A DNA stretch of 60,714 bases, counting the filler, from Perkinsus olseni (Eukaryota): assembly GCA_013115125.1 (NCBI GenBank). It is 2 parts of 2 records of this genome, joined end to end, with 100 filler letters (N's around TTAATTAATTAA, not from the genome) between each part and the next. Parts side by side here need not be neighbours in the genome. Positions count along the whole stretch, not along the records: positions 1 to 30,333 come from JABANN010000421.1; 1 more part is not named here. One strand, given 5' to 3'. Of the stretch, positions 1 to 13,324 are shown one piece after another; the stretch's first letter is position 1, and each line of letters starts with the position of its first letter. Under the pieces are notes generated by a model, which worked only from the letters and a program-made list of their open reading frames with translations, did not search any database and was not told where the DNA came from. Made by a program: the position numbers and the translations under genes.

Positions 1-183
1 TCGCTAAATTGCTATCAAAATGGTTTAAACCGAACGAAAAAACATTTTATTTGCTCGGGAAATGGTGTAGAGTGGCCTCATTCTGCTCCACGGTCTATCC
101 TTGACAGGGCAAAGCAATTTCCCGTGATCGTGTGAGTATACACATCGCTACAACAGCGAAAATTGGACCGAACATTCAGACTC

Positions 184-1673
184 TCACAGAAGGCGGGCAT
201 GAAGGTGATAGTCCATAGAGAGCAACGGAGGCTCACCTAGGAGGCGCTGAGTCGCGGCATCATCAGTATTATCCTCATCCTCAGGTTTAATTACGTTATG
301 TAGATGGGCTGATATGGGCATATCCATTAAGGAGTAGAAGCATGAGGCACATATTAGTATCTTAACAACAAAGGCAGCGACCACCTCTCCTGAGCCAAGG
401 AAGTCGCGCGCTCTCCAACTGTCGATGATTCCCAACCTACCGTGACCAGAGCTGCAGCGAAGTATATAGTAGTGGCGTCTGCCACAGACGCGGCCATCAA
501 CTTCGTAGTGTCGCGATAAATAACTGACACGAATGTTGACAGACCTGAGGAGAGGGAATACTGAAGGATAGGGGAGAGCTAATAGATTGAGGTGGCCAGC
601 AACATGACTGACTGCTCTGGTGTGATCAATTGGCGGCAGAGCGTGGAGGGCCTCATGAGGCTTTCCTCCTTCGCCAGCCGACAGTGCGCAGAGACGCACT
701 CACCGATGCCAATTTGCATGGCTTCTTGCATTTTAGGGGAGTACTGAGAGTTCAACGCCAACAAGCTGGAATCGGCGAATGCTGTGACCACGGAAAGGAA
801 CAGTCTGAGAAGATAAATAGGAGCCGTGGTAACATGCCTCCATGATCACGAAGAAGTAAGGGTTTTTCTCCATAAGTATACATCCGAACAATCGACCGAG
901 CATGAGCAAACGCCCTCATAAAAAGGTACCGGAGAGCCCTCCAAGCGAGAGCATCGAGAGGGTTGCATGCTCACTCCCAGCGTCACTACACTAGTGCCAT
1001 AAGGGATACATAGCGAGTCCCATCTCCCAGGCTGATCCATCGCGATACCAAAATGGTCAGGAGACCGAGGAACTGCCCCGCGAAGGCGCCATAGATACGC
1101 TGCTTGAACTGAAAAGCCGGGGGTTATTCATACATAGCGAGAACCGCTGTCTTTTGCCACTGTCTTTTATGTGTTCACAGATGGCAACTACTAGTGATGC
1201 TCTAGAACGTCTCTATAACGCCGGTGACGATTGTGAAGGAATAGCGAATACTACACTTATCTGGGCTCTGGCCGAAGCAGCGATCAGTCGATTGAGTATG
1301 ATAGCAAGGACTTAGTTAAGGTACCAGTACAATTACCTTGAAGCTTCTGCCAAGTGAGAGTGCAGCTACCGTAAGAATGGTTCCAACCTGGTATATGCAG
1401 GTGATGGGGAATTCCACATTCGTATTAGGGAAGAGGTGCTTCCAATAATCAAACGCCGCCCATATAGCTGAGGAAAGACGACAAGCTATTCATGAACGGT
1501 TGTCGAAGAACGAAGATGGGCTGCGCCCATTGAGATTGTCCCGTGGAACCAAGAGCCAACCCACAAAGTGCTAGTATGCCAGATAGAGCCAGATGCAACC
1601 AAGACAGATAGTGCTTATCCGTGCCATATTCAACTACAGAAGGTCTTTTGGAACCTCGTGAGCACTTTCGCAT
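184..1673 (-). CDS. Equilibrative nucleoside transporter (ENT/SLC29-like), N-terminal half, multi-exon; probably continues left of the window
   Basis: Manual splicing of minus-strand exons gives TM segments AIWAAFDYWKHLFPNTNVEFPITCIYQVGTILTVAALSLG, FKQRIYGAFAGQFLGLLTILVS, FLSVVTAFADSSLLALNSQYSPKMQEAMQIGIG-LSTFVSVIYRDTTK and TIYFAAALVT, then an acidic central loop. This matches the ENT TM1-6 layout. Start codon is uncertain. Confidence 0.75.
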
Positions 1674-2359
1674 ACGCAAAAATCGGTCCGACGGGAGTGT
1701 TTCGGAACCGAATTTCGCACAGATATGATCAGCATCATGATTGATAGGCAGGTCGAAATAGAATCCTTTTCGGGACGCGCCAAGTATGTCCCTTCATACA
1801 TAACAATCATATTACAACAAGAGGTGACTCTATATTTAACATAATAATTTATCCATTGCGATAATCACCCCCGAGTTCTGTTCCTCTACTTGCTCCCTCC
1901 CGGAATCGCAGGAGCTGATTTCAGCTGGAATCTCTGACGCCTCGAGACTCCCCACCAGGGAGTCCCACTACTACCTGATATTGGGAATAGATAACCCGTT
2001 CCAATAATAACCATCCTAGCATAGGCTCCTCTGGTCACTTTGACAAAGTGGCCGGCCTGCGATGGAGCACACATAGGGAGAAAGAGAGCACCGCAATAAT
2101 TCCAGCAGTAGGAAAATCTCCACGAGCCTCTGACAAGCCCCTGCACCCGTCGATGGGAATCTCTTTCTTGCCAAAGGAGATTCCGAGTAGAGCAGCGTAT
2201 GATGACTATAGACGCAACAGCAAGAGAATAACAAACAAACTGATATCAAGTTGCGTGAGCGGTTGCAGTGGCTTCAGGCGGGGCTGCAAAGGTTAAGAAA
2301 ATGAGTGATGATAATCCTAATATAAGTGAGCAACTGTGGCATGAGTGTGATGACAACCG

Positions 2360-5300
2360 TTATTCAATCACATCTGACGGTCCAGTCGAACTCTCTCGAA
2401 ATGGCAGCCAGGGCCTTCGCTCCGCTGAATTAATCACCGTCATAAGCCGTCCATGCTTCGACTGTCCGCTACTGCCGGCTCTTCACCCTCCACGTTATTC
2501 CCTCCCTGCCTGCCTACGTCATCTGCAGAACTACATCGTCTCAGCTGTGATACAGCATTCAAGCTCCTATCACTGCTGCGCTTCTGGACGAAGTGTTGAC
2601 TCAAAATTATCCTCTGCTGTTGTCGGAGCTAAAGAGTAACATCATTGCCGATGGCCATATATACAGGGAGAACCTTTATCAAGCCATTTATAGCTATTCT
2701 AGCCGGAATCGTTCCGAGAAAAACTAAGCAGCTCATGATAAACATTAGATTGCATGGACAATCACACTTCCTCAGCAAACTAAGAAGCAAAAATCAGCAC
2801 ACTATTATCAACTTCAACCTCCTCGACAGTGTCCGGTCAGAACGCCCTCTGGGAGACACAGGTAGCCTACCTGTTGAGCATAAGATCCTCGAGCCAGGGC
2901 TCTGGAAGAGCGGGCGGAGAGGGCTCTCAGGCTCACTCCTTCCCCGATCTTCTCCGTCAGTTGGCGAAGTGTTGGTATCGACAATGACACCACGCCCGTA
3001 CGTTTGTACTCGACGGCTTCATCGTAGACTGGGCGACTTATCTTAATACACCGAACCTGCTCAAGCACGCTTACCAGATCGAGGCCCCGACACACCACCC
3101 CAACGACGTTTGAGTGAGAGAACCGGGCAGCGCTCCGTCGAAGCTGACCTTCTCGCTGCCGACTCTTGCGGAGAAGTCGGGAGCGTATCCGTCGTGCAGT
3201 AAAGCCTCTACTGCCAATACAGAAAAGGCACCGGCCTCCGACCTGAGAGATTCCACCAAATATCATCATAATTGGGAGTTCAATATATTGCGTCATCATA
3301 TAGTGACGAAACACTATCATTTTCTCACCCAGCGCTTCATCAACATCACCAATAAGACGTCGATAGTAACAGCGTAACATCTACGAATTCACAGGTAATA
3401 TTGAGCCCATCATCGGCTTTGGATGCTTATGCCAGTGAGCACGTATCAGCTACATGCTGCAAAAATACGTGTTGGCATAGACGAAGCTAAGAGGAAAAAG
3501 AGTGCTCGAATGAAGCTCATGTAGCTCTCTATGATGCATTTAAACGCGACGTTTTTACCCCCGTGAGAGCAAGAACGTTACGGAAAATCATTCCACAGGC
3601 CAAACTCCTCGGACGAAATGATCGGCCAACTTCTATTACCGTTCTACGAAAGGGACATTGCAGGAGTCAAGAGACTACCTGAACTTATCGTGACCGGCAA
3701 GTACGGCAAGTCGGCCAGTGAGCACGATGCAGCATACATCCGTCTCCACACCTCGACGGTAAATCCACAAATCATCCCTAAACAACCAGTACCCTCGACA
3801 GCGCCATCATTGGGTTCTCACTCTTCAAAAGATCGAGGGGAGTTGCCGCCGCTACTCTGACCAAGAGTGTCGTTCTCAGGCAGCATGCTCTCTGTTCGTA
3901 TAGCTGCGCTCGTATCCGCCAACCTCACCTTACTCCGATGCTGATTGTCATAGGTCCGTACCTATTGATGACGGCAAATAGCGGGCAGAGCGACAAGAGA
4001 GGACATCCTCGACATAGCTTGGACGTTCCAAGTTGGAACTGCTCATTCAGGTTTGTGAATCGAACTCCTATGGGAATCACAAATAAATGAACCAGCAGAT
4101 CTTCGCATTCATATGGAAAAATCGATTCGTCTATGAATCGCAGACGAATCGATTTTTTCCATAGTGGGGCCCATAGTATGGGCCGGAGAGAATGCCGAGA
4201 GAATAGGGAGGCGTGAGCAGCCCTCGATGAATGCAATAGTTGCCCGCCATCTCCGTGGAGCACCTCAGCATTCTCCAATAGCCACTCGACGCTCTTTTGG
4301 TCCAGGTCCTCCGACAAGGCGGGCTGATTATGCAACTGATAAGGAAATTCGGCGTTGGCCCGTCGACACTAGCTGCCACGGAATCCGGGCTCGATGATCG
4401 CCTCACCAAGTGAAGAGAAAGAGCCCTGATCTCATCGGCTGTCAAGGGCTCTTCTAGTAGCTGTGCGTTGAGTAGCCGAAGACGCTGCTCATTCAGTACA
4501 CAGCGATCACCGGGGACCTCAACACGATTATCGACGTCCACGTACCTAATGAGGCCAAGGCGTGGCGTTGACGGATCGGGTTGAGTGCCGGTTAACCACT
4601 CGTCAGACATTCCAGAGACAGGAGTCCACTCATGCAGGAATAATTCTGCAGTCATCAATCATAGAGGCTATACGAAGTTACAAACTGGTCGAGAAAGACT
4701 GTCCAGAGGTCACCACACAATCGAATCCATTGCAAGTTCAACAGCATCCCTAAGGTGTCCATGGCAACCGCCAACTCGTTATCGCTGTCAAGAAAACAAC
4801 GGTTCTGGAAATCTTGCATCGCCATGATGCGACCTCGCATTTTCCCGGTAAAGCTGCCCATTCACAATGCCCTTCGACAGAACGGCAGGTCGAAATAGAA
4901 CAGCAGTTTCTTAAAGCGGTTGGAAAGATGCCCCATCTTCCCCGCCACTGCCCCCCTACACATCCGTCTCATCTATGATCTCCTCCTGAATAATCTCCTC
5001 CACGATGTCCTCCAGAGTAAGCACCCCTACTAGCTCGATATCAGGATCATCACGACCATTCAAGGAGGCCGCTCGAGTCGACTGAGCGACGAAAGATACC
5101 TCTAGATGATCATGCTAGTAGACAGCTTACCTGGGTGATGTTCGTTCCAATGCTGTCATATTTACCAACCACGGGAGAGCCTGTCAACAGAACCCGAGTC
5201 GAGCAGCCGTGTATTCGCAAGAACCGAGACAGGCGACGAAAAAAGCTATACTCCTCATTGTTGTGTATACCGATTCGCATGACTTTGCATCTCTTACCAT

Positions 5301-7824
5301 TTTGGGGCTGTTCAGCAATGAGACATCTCAATTCTTTTCATCTCATTTCTCATTCAGTATATTCTCTCACTACACAGTGAGTATGACGGTGTCCCTATTA
5401 TAATATAAGTACAAAAAATATTGCCCAGCCTCTGCCCACAGCCGCCACGGTGAAGACCCTCTCACCTTTCAAGCTGGGTTTCGAGGACCTCCCAGAATCT
5501 CCAGGCGCGACCTGATGAAACATTACGCCCCCCATCTCCGCGGGACATCCCCGGATCACCTTCCTGACTAGCCCCATGTGGCTGCCGCCCGATCGGAATC
5601 GTCTAAACGCACTACTAACGCTTTGACTCTCTTCGAGCACCTCCATACAGCGCGCGAAAATCTGCAGAAAGGCTGATAGAGGGGTTGCGTCGTCCGGGTC
5701 GACGAGAATGAGGTCTTTCGTGAAGAGCACCCCTACAGAAGAGAGAACACACATCGCGTAAATACCACCAACGCCACGCGGTGACCCGAGCGAGGAGAGA
5801 AAGACAGGCCCTCCGAGACACAACTCAGTACTAAGTCCAAATTGTTCTGTAGTGCGACTTCTTCGAAACAATTACGACTTAGTATCTGCTTCTTGAATAT
5901 GTTGTGTACAACGGAAATATGTTAAGTGTGGCGAGTGACAAAGTGTTTATCATTTTCACCCGAAAGACGACATTGATGGAGCCAAAATTGGGCGGTCCCA
6001 GCCGGAAGTGCTGAGCAACAAAAGGTATCTCACCAACAATGTTGTTCATCGTCCCCCTGTAGACCGGTATGCGAGAGAATCCACATTGAAATATCTGAGT
6101 GACGGTTTTATAATCAAGAACCGCCTCAATAGGTAGCATGAATACGTCTTCGACCGGCGTCATAATCTGATAGAAAAAGTGTAAAATTGATATCATCCGT
6201 ATACTCCTGCCTGAGAGACTTTCATCTCATGCAAAGTCTTGAGCGCGCCCTGCATCACTTTGCCGGTCTCGTCATCGAGGGCCTTCTCCTCCACGTGAAT
6301 CGCCAAGAGTTGCAGCAGCTCCTGAGACGGTAAAAGCACTACGATAGAGCTTCGTGAGCTTATATGCAATTCGCGATTTCACGAATAATTCAATGTAAAT
6401 ATCCTTGAGAAACCTAAAGAGCACACCAGAACTCCAATCCTAACAAGCCCATTGACCAACGCGTTCGGGAAAATCTTTCACTAATCCGATCGAACTCAAG
6501 TTGACTAATCTAACTTCATCAATACTCCACTATTAAGAAGTGGTACATATCAATATTACTCACGAAAAAGCCTTACACAAGCCGAACGCGGGGCGCCGAC
6601 TGAGCCATTCCCTAAGGTTCCTCCTTACCGAACGAGAGTGTATAGTTCCAACGTCTCGCCCAAGAATGCAGTCCAGCGTCAAAGCGATGGGCCTAAAGCT
6701 CAATGCGTGCAGAGAGCAAGCACAAGAGTCGACTGACTTGGCGATGGGGTACAGTAGTACTATGCACACTCGCACCACGGGCACCGCGATTCCGCCAATC
6801 TTCAGGGAATACCGCGAACAGAGGGCCTGACCATGACGGAGCCATCCGCGAGTGATTGACCGGGCTCACTTTACCTGTGGGAATATCTCACCAAAGAGAA
6901 GAATGATAGCCGTGGATAATATAAAGCCGAGTAGACCTCCCGTGATGTCCGCGAGGATAATCGAAAGCAGAGAATTGACCGCTACATTTCCCAGCAGTAG
7001 AGTGCCTGTCAAGAAAGCAGTCTCCAATATCGTGCGGAGGCCTCATTGAAGACCGAGGCAGTCGTCCTTCGCCAGGCCATTAAATACGGATTTTATCCCC
7101 CTATTCTGGTAAGGGAAATATGGTCGAACAGAAAAGATTCATCGCTTAGTAGAACAACTATTATTTCTCCGAGAAAATGTTCTTCCCCTATGAAAGTCAA
7201 TGGCAACACGCTGAGAACAGCGAAGCTGATAGCTGATCATACCCTCATCAGTAGTGTGAGAGAGTTCCTTACAGAGCAACAGATTGCCGTCCTTTCGTAT
7301 CGGTATTATTCGTTTAGCATATTTAGCTTGCTTAGTGTTGGCCCCAGCCTTGACTATCTCCAAGCCAACCTTGTCGAGGGAGAGGAAGCCAAGCGTGAGG
7401 CCCGAGAACATCGCTGAAAACACGCCACTCAATCAGCGACTTGTGCGGAGCAGCAGTAAAGGATTCTGGGAATTTTCATCGGCCATACTTGCAGAGCGAA
7501 AACGACATCTTCGTGTCAATCTTCGGATGACAAAATGAGGCCATCTTTTGCATGAACAATCCCCACCGCTTTTACCGAGACCATCGCCGTATCGAACTAA
7601 GCCCAGAGATTTAATCTAGGAGTCACCACCAACTTGATCAACGCCCCGAGCGGTGCAAAATCACAGCAATCTTGAAGATGCCCTCTCACAATCAGCAATG
7701 GTTCACGCTCGCGTACTAGGGAATAGATGGGTTCGCTCTTACCCGAGCACATAACTAGAAGCACTATGAGCACCCATCTTAGGACTTCGATGCCTGGACT
7801 CGACCCATCTAGCATAAATATCAA
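2360..7824 (-). CDS. CNNM/CorC-family metal transporter (DUF21 + CBS pair + cyclic-nucleotide-binding-homology domain), more than 12 exons
   Basis: DUF21 exons: AMFSGLTLGFLSLD, KDGNLLLC-TLLLGNVAVNSLLSI, LFGEIFPQALCSRY. CBS exons: IMTPVEDVFML, GFSRIPVY, GVLFTKDLIL, GGSHMGLV, VGVLTLEDIVEEIIQEEIIDETD. CNBH-like exon: GAFSVLAVEALLHDGYAPDFSARV (~3150-3250). Both ends approximate; further 5' exons may lie up to ~8.5 kb. Confidence 0.9.
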
Positions 7825-8512
7825 AGAAGGACAACCTGAAGAGACTACCCTTCCTTGGAATCTCTCTATCGCTCTGTGCCATTTCTGGCCAGGCGACAGA
7901 CCAACAACCGGCAGACAGTTGGCTGTTTATAAGGTCGGGGTACTTCGGTTGAGTAGTTCAGCACAGGAGACCAGTACTGGGCTGAGTTATCACCGCTTCA
8001 CTTATATCAACCCTCAGGGCTTTAATTCGCCTCACCCACAAAACTCTAACCAGCAAGAAGCTGATCTGTCCGAGCTCGATAGCTTCGAGGGCACCGTTCA
8101 GTCAGCAACGACCCGGGTGACAGAAATTCCTTACTCATCACGTACAGCGGCCGCTGCCCCAGCATCCCCACCAAGGGCAAGACCCTTCATTCAACGTACT
8201 AACACAACTCTATTATCTCGGTCAACACACTGAGGTCACGGTAACATGCCGACAGACCCAGCAGCAACTTTACCGATGAACTCGGGACGTCGACTAAGCC
8301 AAATATCGCTTGCTCGGCATTCAAAGGCCTTCCGAGGCTGACCGTAGCGGTCATAACCCCCAGAAACCTGAGAGAGATATACTCAGCATGAGGTGACAGT
8401 CTCTACTGACGATGCATCACGCAATGGCAGCTAGATGGACCAGTAGGCGACACCGCGAAGCAGCCAGCGATAAAAATCCCCGTCGACGATGAACTCGTTA
8501 ATCAGTAAACTA

Positions 8513-8561
8513 AGACTACTCGATGATAGTTCCCGATTCGGGAACTATCATCGAGTAGTCT
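8513..8561. repeat. Perfect 24-bp inverted repeat with 1-nt spacer
   Basis: AGACTACTCGATGATAGTTCCCGA (8513-8536), T, TCGGGAACTATCATCGAGTAGTCT (8538-8561). A second small palindrome TTCGGGA-A-TCCCGAA follows at 8565-8579. Confidence 0.95.
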
Positions 8562-8958
8562 CGATTCGGGAATCCCGAACTCGGTGACAACACCCTCCTC
8601 GCGCATTACGACTATTCCACTAACTGTTATCATTCCAATGTCCAATAGGCCATTACAACTATATGCTCAATCTCGAAAAAAATAAAGGAAAAATAAAAAT
8701 GTAAAATAAACATAAATCTCCTCCTATAAACACTCACCGTAATCGTAGGGGCCTGAGGCTTACGAGGCAGAGAGGCCTTCGAGCGCATCGCTGCACGAAG
8801 CGAATCCTGAGTTAATTGACGTCAGACGTTGATCGATGCATATCTCGGACATCGGCTCATTGCCACGTACAGCCGGAACTCTCTATCCGCGATGATGCGC
8901 GACGTTGCGGATTGTCAATCCGGGATTGAAAATGACACAAGCAGAAACACGCAATTTC

Positions 8959-9597
8959 TCACGCATATACAAACGTACTTTGCATGAACGTAAGTGTTTG
9001 CCGTCCAAGCTGACGCCACAGAAATCCGGAGCTAGAAGAGGTCAGCTGATGCGCATCGAACGCCGACACGCACGCCCTCAGGCCTCCGTTCGGAGCAGCT
9101 GCCCTTACCTGATAAATAGCCATACTACGTTCATCATTGATCATAGCCTCTCTCTCAAGTACAGCCTTGAGCCTTCTTCCCGGTATCAAACCGCTTCCTC
9201 CCAACTCGAACGCTTCGAAGGAGCTCTGGCCGACCAGCTGCTTCCATCCCGGGTCTACTTCTTTACAGCTCGATCGTAAAACTCTGAATCTTCGCCGTGA
9301 TTCCGAGTTTGCCGTTTTGGTAGGGTTCGGCGACGGTACGGTCATTCTGCTTATCAGCCGCTTCGACCTAAGATTCACGCGCCTCGCGATCCTGCCCAGT
9401 TCCCTTCCGCTCTGGTCCAGCTTCAACCATAGATTTTTGAATCTGAGAGAACCCCTTCTTGCAGGAAACATACCAGTAGCATAGCAGTGAGCGTCGCATA
9501 GAGCGCTAAGACAGAAGGGAACTTTCTGGCCTCGGAAGAGTTCGGAAAGCGCAGTCGCATGGCAAAAGAGTTGTTCCCATCCCTCGATGGTCAGCAA
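8959..9597 (-). CDS. Hypothetical protein (probably the central exon of a spliced gene)
   Basis: 212-aa open frame with no recognised family motif; a possible donor follows ...SMAIYQ. Confidence 0.3.
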   Translation of the reverse strand: MLTIEGWEQLFCHATALSELFRGQKVPFCLSALCDAHCYATGMFPARRGSLRFKNLWLKLDQSGRELGRIARRVNLRSKRLISRMTVPSPNPTKTANSESRRRFRVLRSSCKEVDPGWKQLVGQSSFEAFELGGSGLIPGRRLKAVLEREAMINDERSMAIYQVRAAAPNGGLRACVSAFDAHQLTSSSSGFLWRQLGRQTLTFMQSTFVYA

Positions 9598-10013
9598 GCA
9601 AGGCCAAATAGCAAGAACCCCGAGAATTCGATTACGAGTGAAGTGCCCGTGGTATGTTCATGAGTAGCACGATGACTCTACCGGCGAGCAGAGCGCTTCC
9701 CAGTACTACAGATTGGCTGTATCCCGATCCCGCATGGGACGCTGCGCACGGGAAAGAGAAGACGAATGAAAGGACAACAACAACTGAGGGTGCATCACGT
9801 AAGGGAAAGACAGAGTCAACATCGCTTGACTCCTCTCTCGTGCCCGGCTTCAAATCACAAACGCGCTCGCCCTGAGTACTAATTTGAGTCTGCGTATATG
9901 CAGTAGATAGCTGTGAGTGTACGTACAAAGGTGAACGCAAGCACGATCTAACAGAATCTATTAAGCACCAGGGGCCTCTAAGCTGCAGCAGAATCTAATC
10001 AGTCTTTGCTATC

Positions 10014-11139
10014 ATGACCATATTGAGCGTGGAGGAAGAGGAGGGCGTTAGGGGGAGCGGACAGATGACCGTGGAAGAGATAGCGAAAATCTGCCAAGCT
10101 CGGGAACTATTCAAGAGCCCTCATCTCAATACCAAGCTGCTGTTGCACGGCCGAGGGTTCACGGGAATGTGTGACCTCAGTCAGTACTACAACGTCAAGT
10201 TCCTAAGTCTTGACTTCAACATGATAAGCGAGATTAAAGGGCTCGAATATCTATCTCAGCTCACGTCGCTTCACCTACAGGGCAATCAGCTAACGGCTAT
10301 ATCGGGACTTGGTCACAATGTTAACCTGAGGATACTCAACCTTAGTGACAACCATATCAAAGATATTGGCGATGGGTTGAAGCATCTTCGGAATCTGTCA
10401 AACCTGAATTTGTCCAAAAATGAGCTCACTGACCTCCGCAAGGTCGGTGATGATCTGTCGAACTGCCCACTGACCAGCTTGGATCTTGGAAGCAACAGAT
10501 TTGGCGAATTTGAGTGTATCGAAGAGTTCACAGAGCAATTGAAGGGCCTGAGGTGCCTGTACCTGCACAGGAATCCGGGTATAAGAGGGGTTAAAAATTT
10601 ACGGAAGAAGCTCATTGGCATGCTGCCTGAACTGAACTACTTGGACGACAGGTGAACGCTGAATCGTATGCCGTGAAGGGAGGTTTCCGTCAGGCCTGTG
10701 TCCGTCTATGAGCGTCAAGGAGGAAGCCTCGATCGACGGCAGTTCATTAAAGACAGCGAGATGAGAGATGCTGAGTGGGAAGAACGACAAAAGCAAATTA
10801 CAAAGTAGTTATCGGCGCAGTGGAGCCGTTCGCTATGGCGGAATGCACCGTAGGCGCCGTGAAATGGCGTTGCAACGGATCGCAAGGGAGGAGCTGGCGA
10901 GAGGCCTCAACCAGCCGTCAGACGGGTCAGGGCGGACAACAGGTGAAGGCTTGGCACCGAGCGAGCGCGATGATCGAGGTATGACGGTGGCCGCCTCTGG
11001 TAAGGCTTGGGATACTTTCAACACAGGCTCAGGTGCCGTAGTTGGCGAATCGCGGGGCCGAACCATTCATGTGCCATCTACTGGACGACAGGCAAGAGAG
11101 GTACCAAGGTGCGGACCCTCTACTGACTTCTTGCCTTAG
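10014..11139 (+). CDS. Leucine-rich repeat protein, DNAAF1/LRRC50 (dynein assembly factor)-like
   Basis: SDS22-type LRRs (LSLDFNMISEIKGLEYLSQLTSLHLQGNQL), N-terminal FKSPHLNTKLLLHGRGF, and an LRRcap split by an intron (LNYLDDR|PVSVYER). 3' end approximate. Confidence 0.8.
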
Positions 11140-11741
11140 TCTTCGAGGTATGTCAACGATTATAACGCGTGTATGAAGTAGTGAGAGAATTCACCACAGC
11201 AAAAATCAGTCACTTGGATTTATCAAAGCATTTCATGCCTTCAATCCCCTATTCATTATTCATTTACTGATTTTTTGGTTTTCAATTTCTTCCAGCTCGG
11301 GACTCGTCACAATGCTGAGTCGACGGCCGTGTATATTCCACAGTTTGTGAATCCGCTCATTAGATCATAACCCAATTCCTGCTAATTCGAGTTGGGACTG
11401 CAAGGTACCATGGAATGATGAACAACTGTGGCAATCAGCCGAGGTCAATCGAGAGGCTCTCATGCGGGACGCGAATTTGCAGCGGGGCTCTAGAGCCTCG
11501 ATTTTGGTGAGCGGACTGGACGTTCAAGGTGGTGTCTTATCCCTCCACCTCCTTCAGGCGAATCCTTTTGTTCATGAACCACCCTCTCCGACCTCTCGAA
11601 CCACTACAGCGCCTCAGGCCAGCGAGCTCGGCGATATGGACTGAGCATGTGCTGGAGTTAATCACTGTGTCGGAAATTCAGTTTTGCGTCATTATCGAAG
11701 TGATCTGATTGTTTCGCCCGATAAGTTTTTTCAAGTCAGCC

Positions 11742-13183
11742 ATGGCCGCCAAGACGCCCTCGGCAGTGCAGCCACGGAGGGGTGTCGTTGCTTGGTGGAC
11801 GGTGGTCTATGCCGTTGTTGCCTGCTCACTTGGTTTGGTTAACAAAGGCCTGGCGGAGTGGTACCATTTCCGGGCCTTCAATCTCCTAAGTGTGGTGACA
11901 CGTATCGTGGCGCTTCCTTTGATATGGGCTATGGCCGATGGAAGAGTTAGCCTGTTGAAGGAGGTACTAAAGGTTGTGGTACATGGGCGATAACTTTGTT
12001 GGCCCCGTGGCCCGGACTATTGCGTCTTAGTGAGGGTGATGCCGCCCGCCAAGAAGGATTCCTAGCGCACTGAGGGTAGCTTCAAATTAGAGCGACAGTT
12101 TAGATCGATATCCCTGATAGTATTTTCACCTCGAAGCTGAGGGACCGGTCTTTGATTGCGACTTTCGAGCGTAACATACCAATGCATACCCATTTCTCAC
12201 CTACATCCGTCAATTCTAACCTTTCCACCATCAGCAGTAAACAACGGGCTCTGGATCCACTATCACTCTAAAGCATGAAACACGTCTTCTCGCCCCGTGT
12301 TGAACGTCAATGTCAACGTCGTGTTTACCTCAGATCAAATCTGCACTACAACATCCATCCTGGCTTCTACTCGCCCCTACAATTTTCCGCTCTCTAGAGA
12401 CAGTGGTGTCATTCATGGCGGTGCAATGGACCAACGTTCCCATGTACCTAGTCTTGCGCCGAGCGAACACCCTCTTCGCCTTGGTGGGCGAGGCTATCAT
12501 ATTACGCAAGTCGATTCCTCTGGCCTCGTTGGAAGGCGTTTTGGTTATCTTGCTCGGCACGGCTCTGGCCGGTTACGGTGATCTTACTTATGATTTTTTC
12601 GGCTATGTCGCTGCCCTCTCCCAGAATTGCTTTACTACTGCTTCTAACGTTTGTATGTACCGACTAACTCACGAGGCCTCAGCTCCTTGCAAAGTTGAAG
12701 TAGCGTTGTTCATTCAGACCCTCTTTTCTATCCCACTATTGCTTGGCCTGGTCCTGTGGACTGGCGAGCTTTCTGCACCACCATCGGCCGCCTTGAACGG
12801 CCCCTCCTGGATGCTACTGTTTATTCTCTTTGTTCATGTACTGTTAGTAGGACTGCATCAGATCTCCAATACGATGTCTATTGTCCACGGTGGCCCGGTG
12901 AGCACCAGCGTTGCCGGGAACTGCAAAGATGTGGTCCAGACTGTCACAGGTGGGAGCTGCAGCACTTGCTCGAGCGCATCATATTTTCATATGTTCAGGT
13001 GGCATGTTATTCGACGATTACGTTTACGACCATTGCAACGTCGCAGGCATCTGTCTCAGCTTTGCCGGCTGTGCTCTTTATATAAGGTCGAAGCTCACCG
13101 CCGCGGGAGGAGTTGAACAGCCGCGAGTTGATCTCAGCGGAAGAAGTGCTATTGCGTCCGATAAAGGCACTAAACTCGCCTGA
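11742..13183 (+). CDS. Nucleotide-sugar transporter (SLC35D/TPT-family DMT); exons 11742-11963, 12334-12949, 12999-13183
   Basis: LVNK in TM1, TNVPMYLVLRRANT, GYGDLTYDFFGY, GPVSTSVAGNCKDVVQT. GT-AG boundaries keep the frame. Confidence 0.9.
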
Positions 13184-13324
13184 TACTCTTCGTGTATATT
13201 ACGAATTCAGTTTTAACCATATGTTGTTTTGTTCGAAATCGATCAATATGGCGCGCGCTTTTTTCATTGCCGACGCGTCGTGACCGTGCCGCATTATTAT
13301 CATCAGTTGGCAACAATTTTTGGT

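Noticed and set aside
1747-1763. 17-bp exact repeat GGCAGGTCGAAATAGAA, also at 4884-4900
   Set aside because: Single short match with no flanking similarity; cannot be distinguished from chance.
2814-3380. Separate 188-aa gene suggested by the ORF track
   Set aside because: Its segments splice into the CNBH-like C-terminus of the CNNM gene.
8341-8362. Possible spliced-leader relic (ACCGTAGC...)
   Set aside because: Only 8 nt match the dinoflagellate/perkinsid SL start; the rest diverges.
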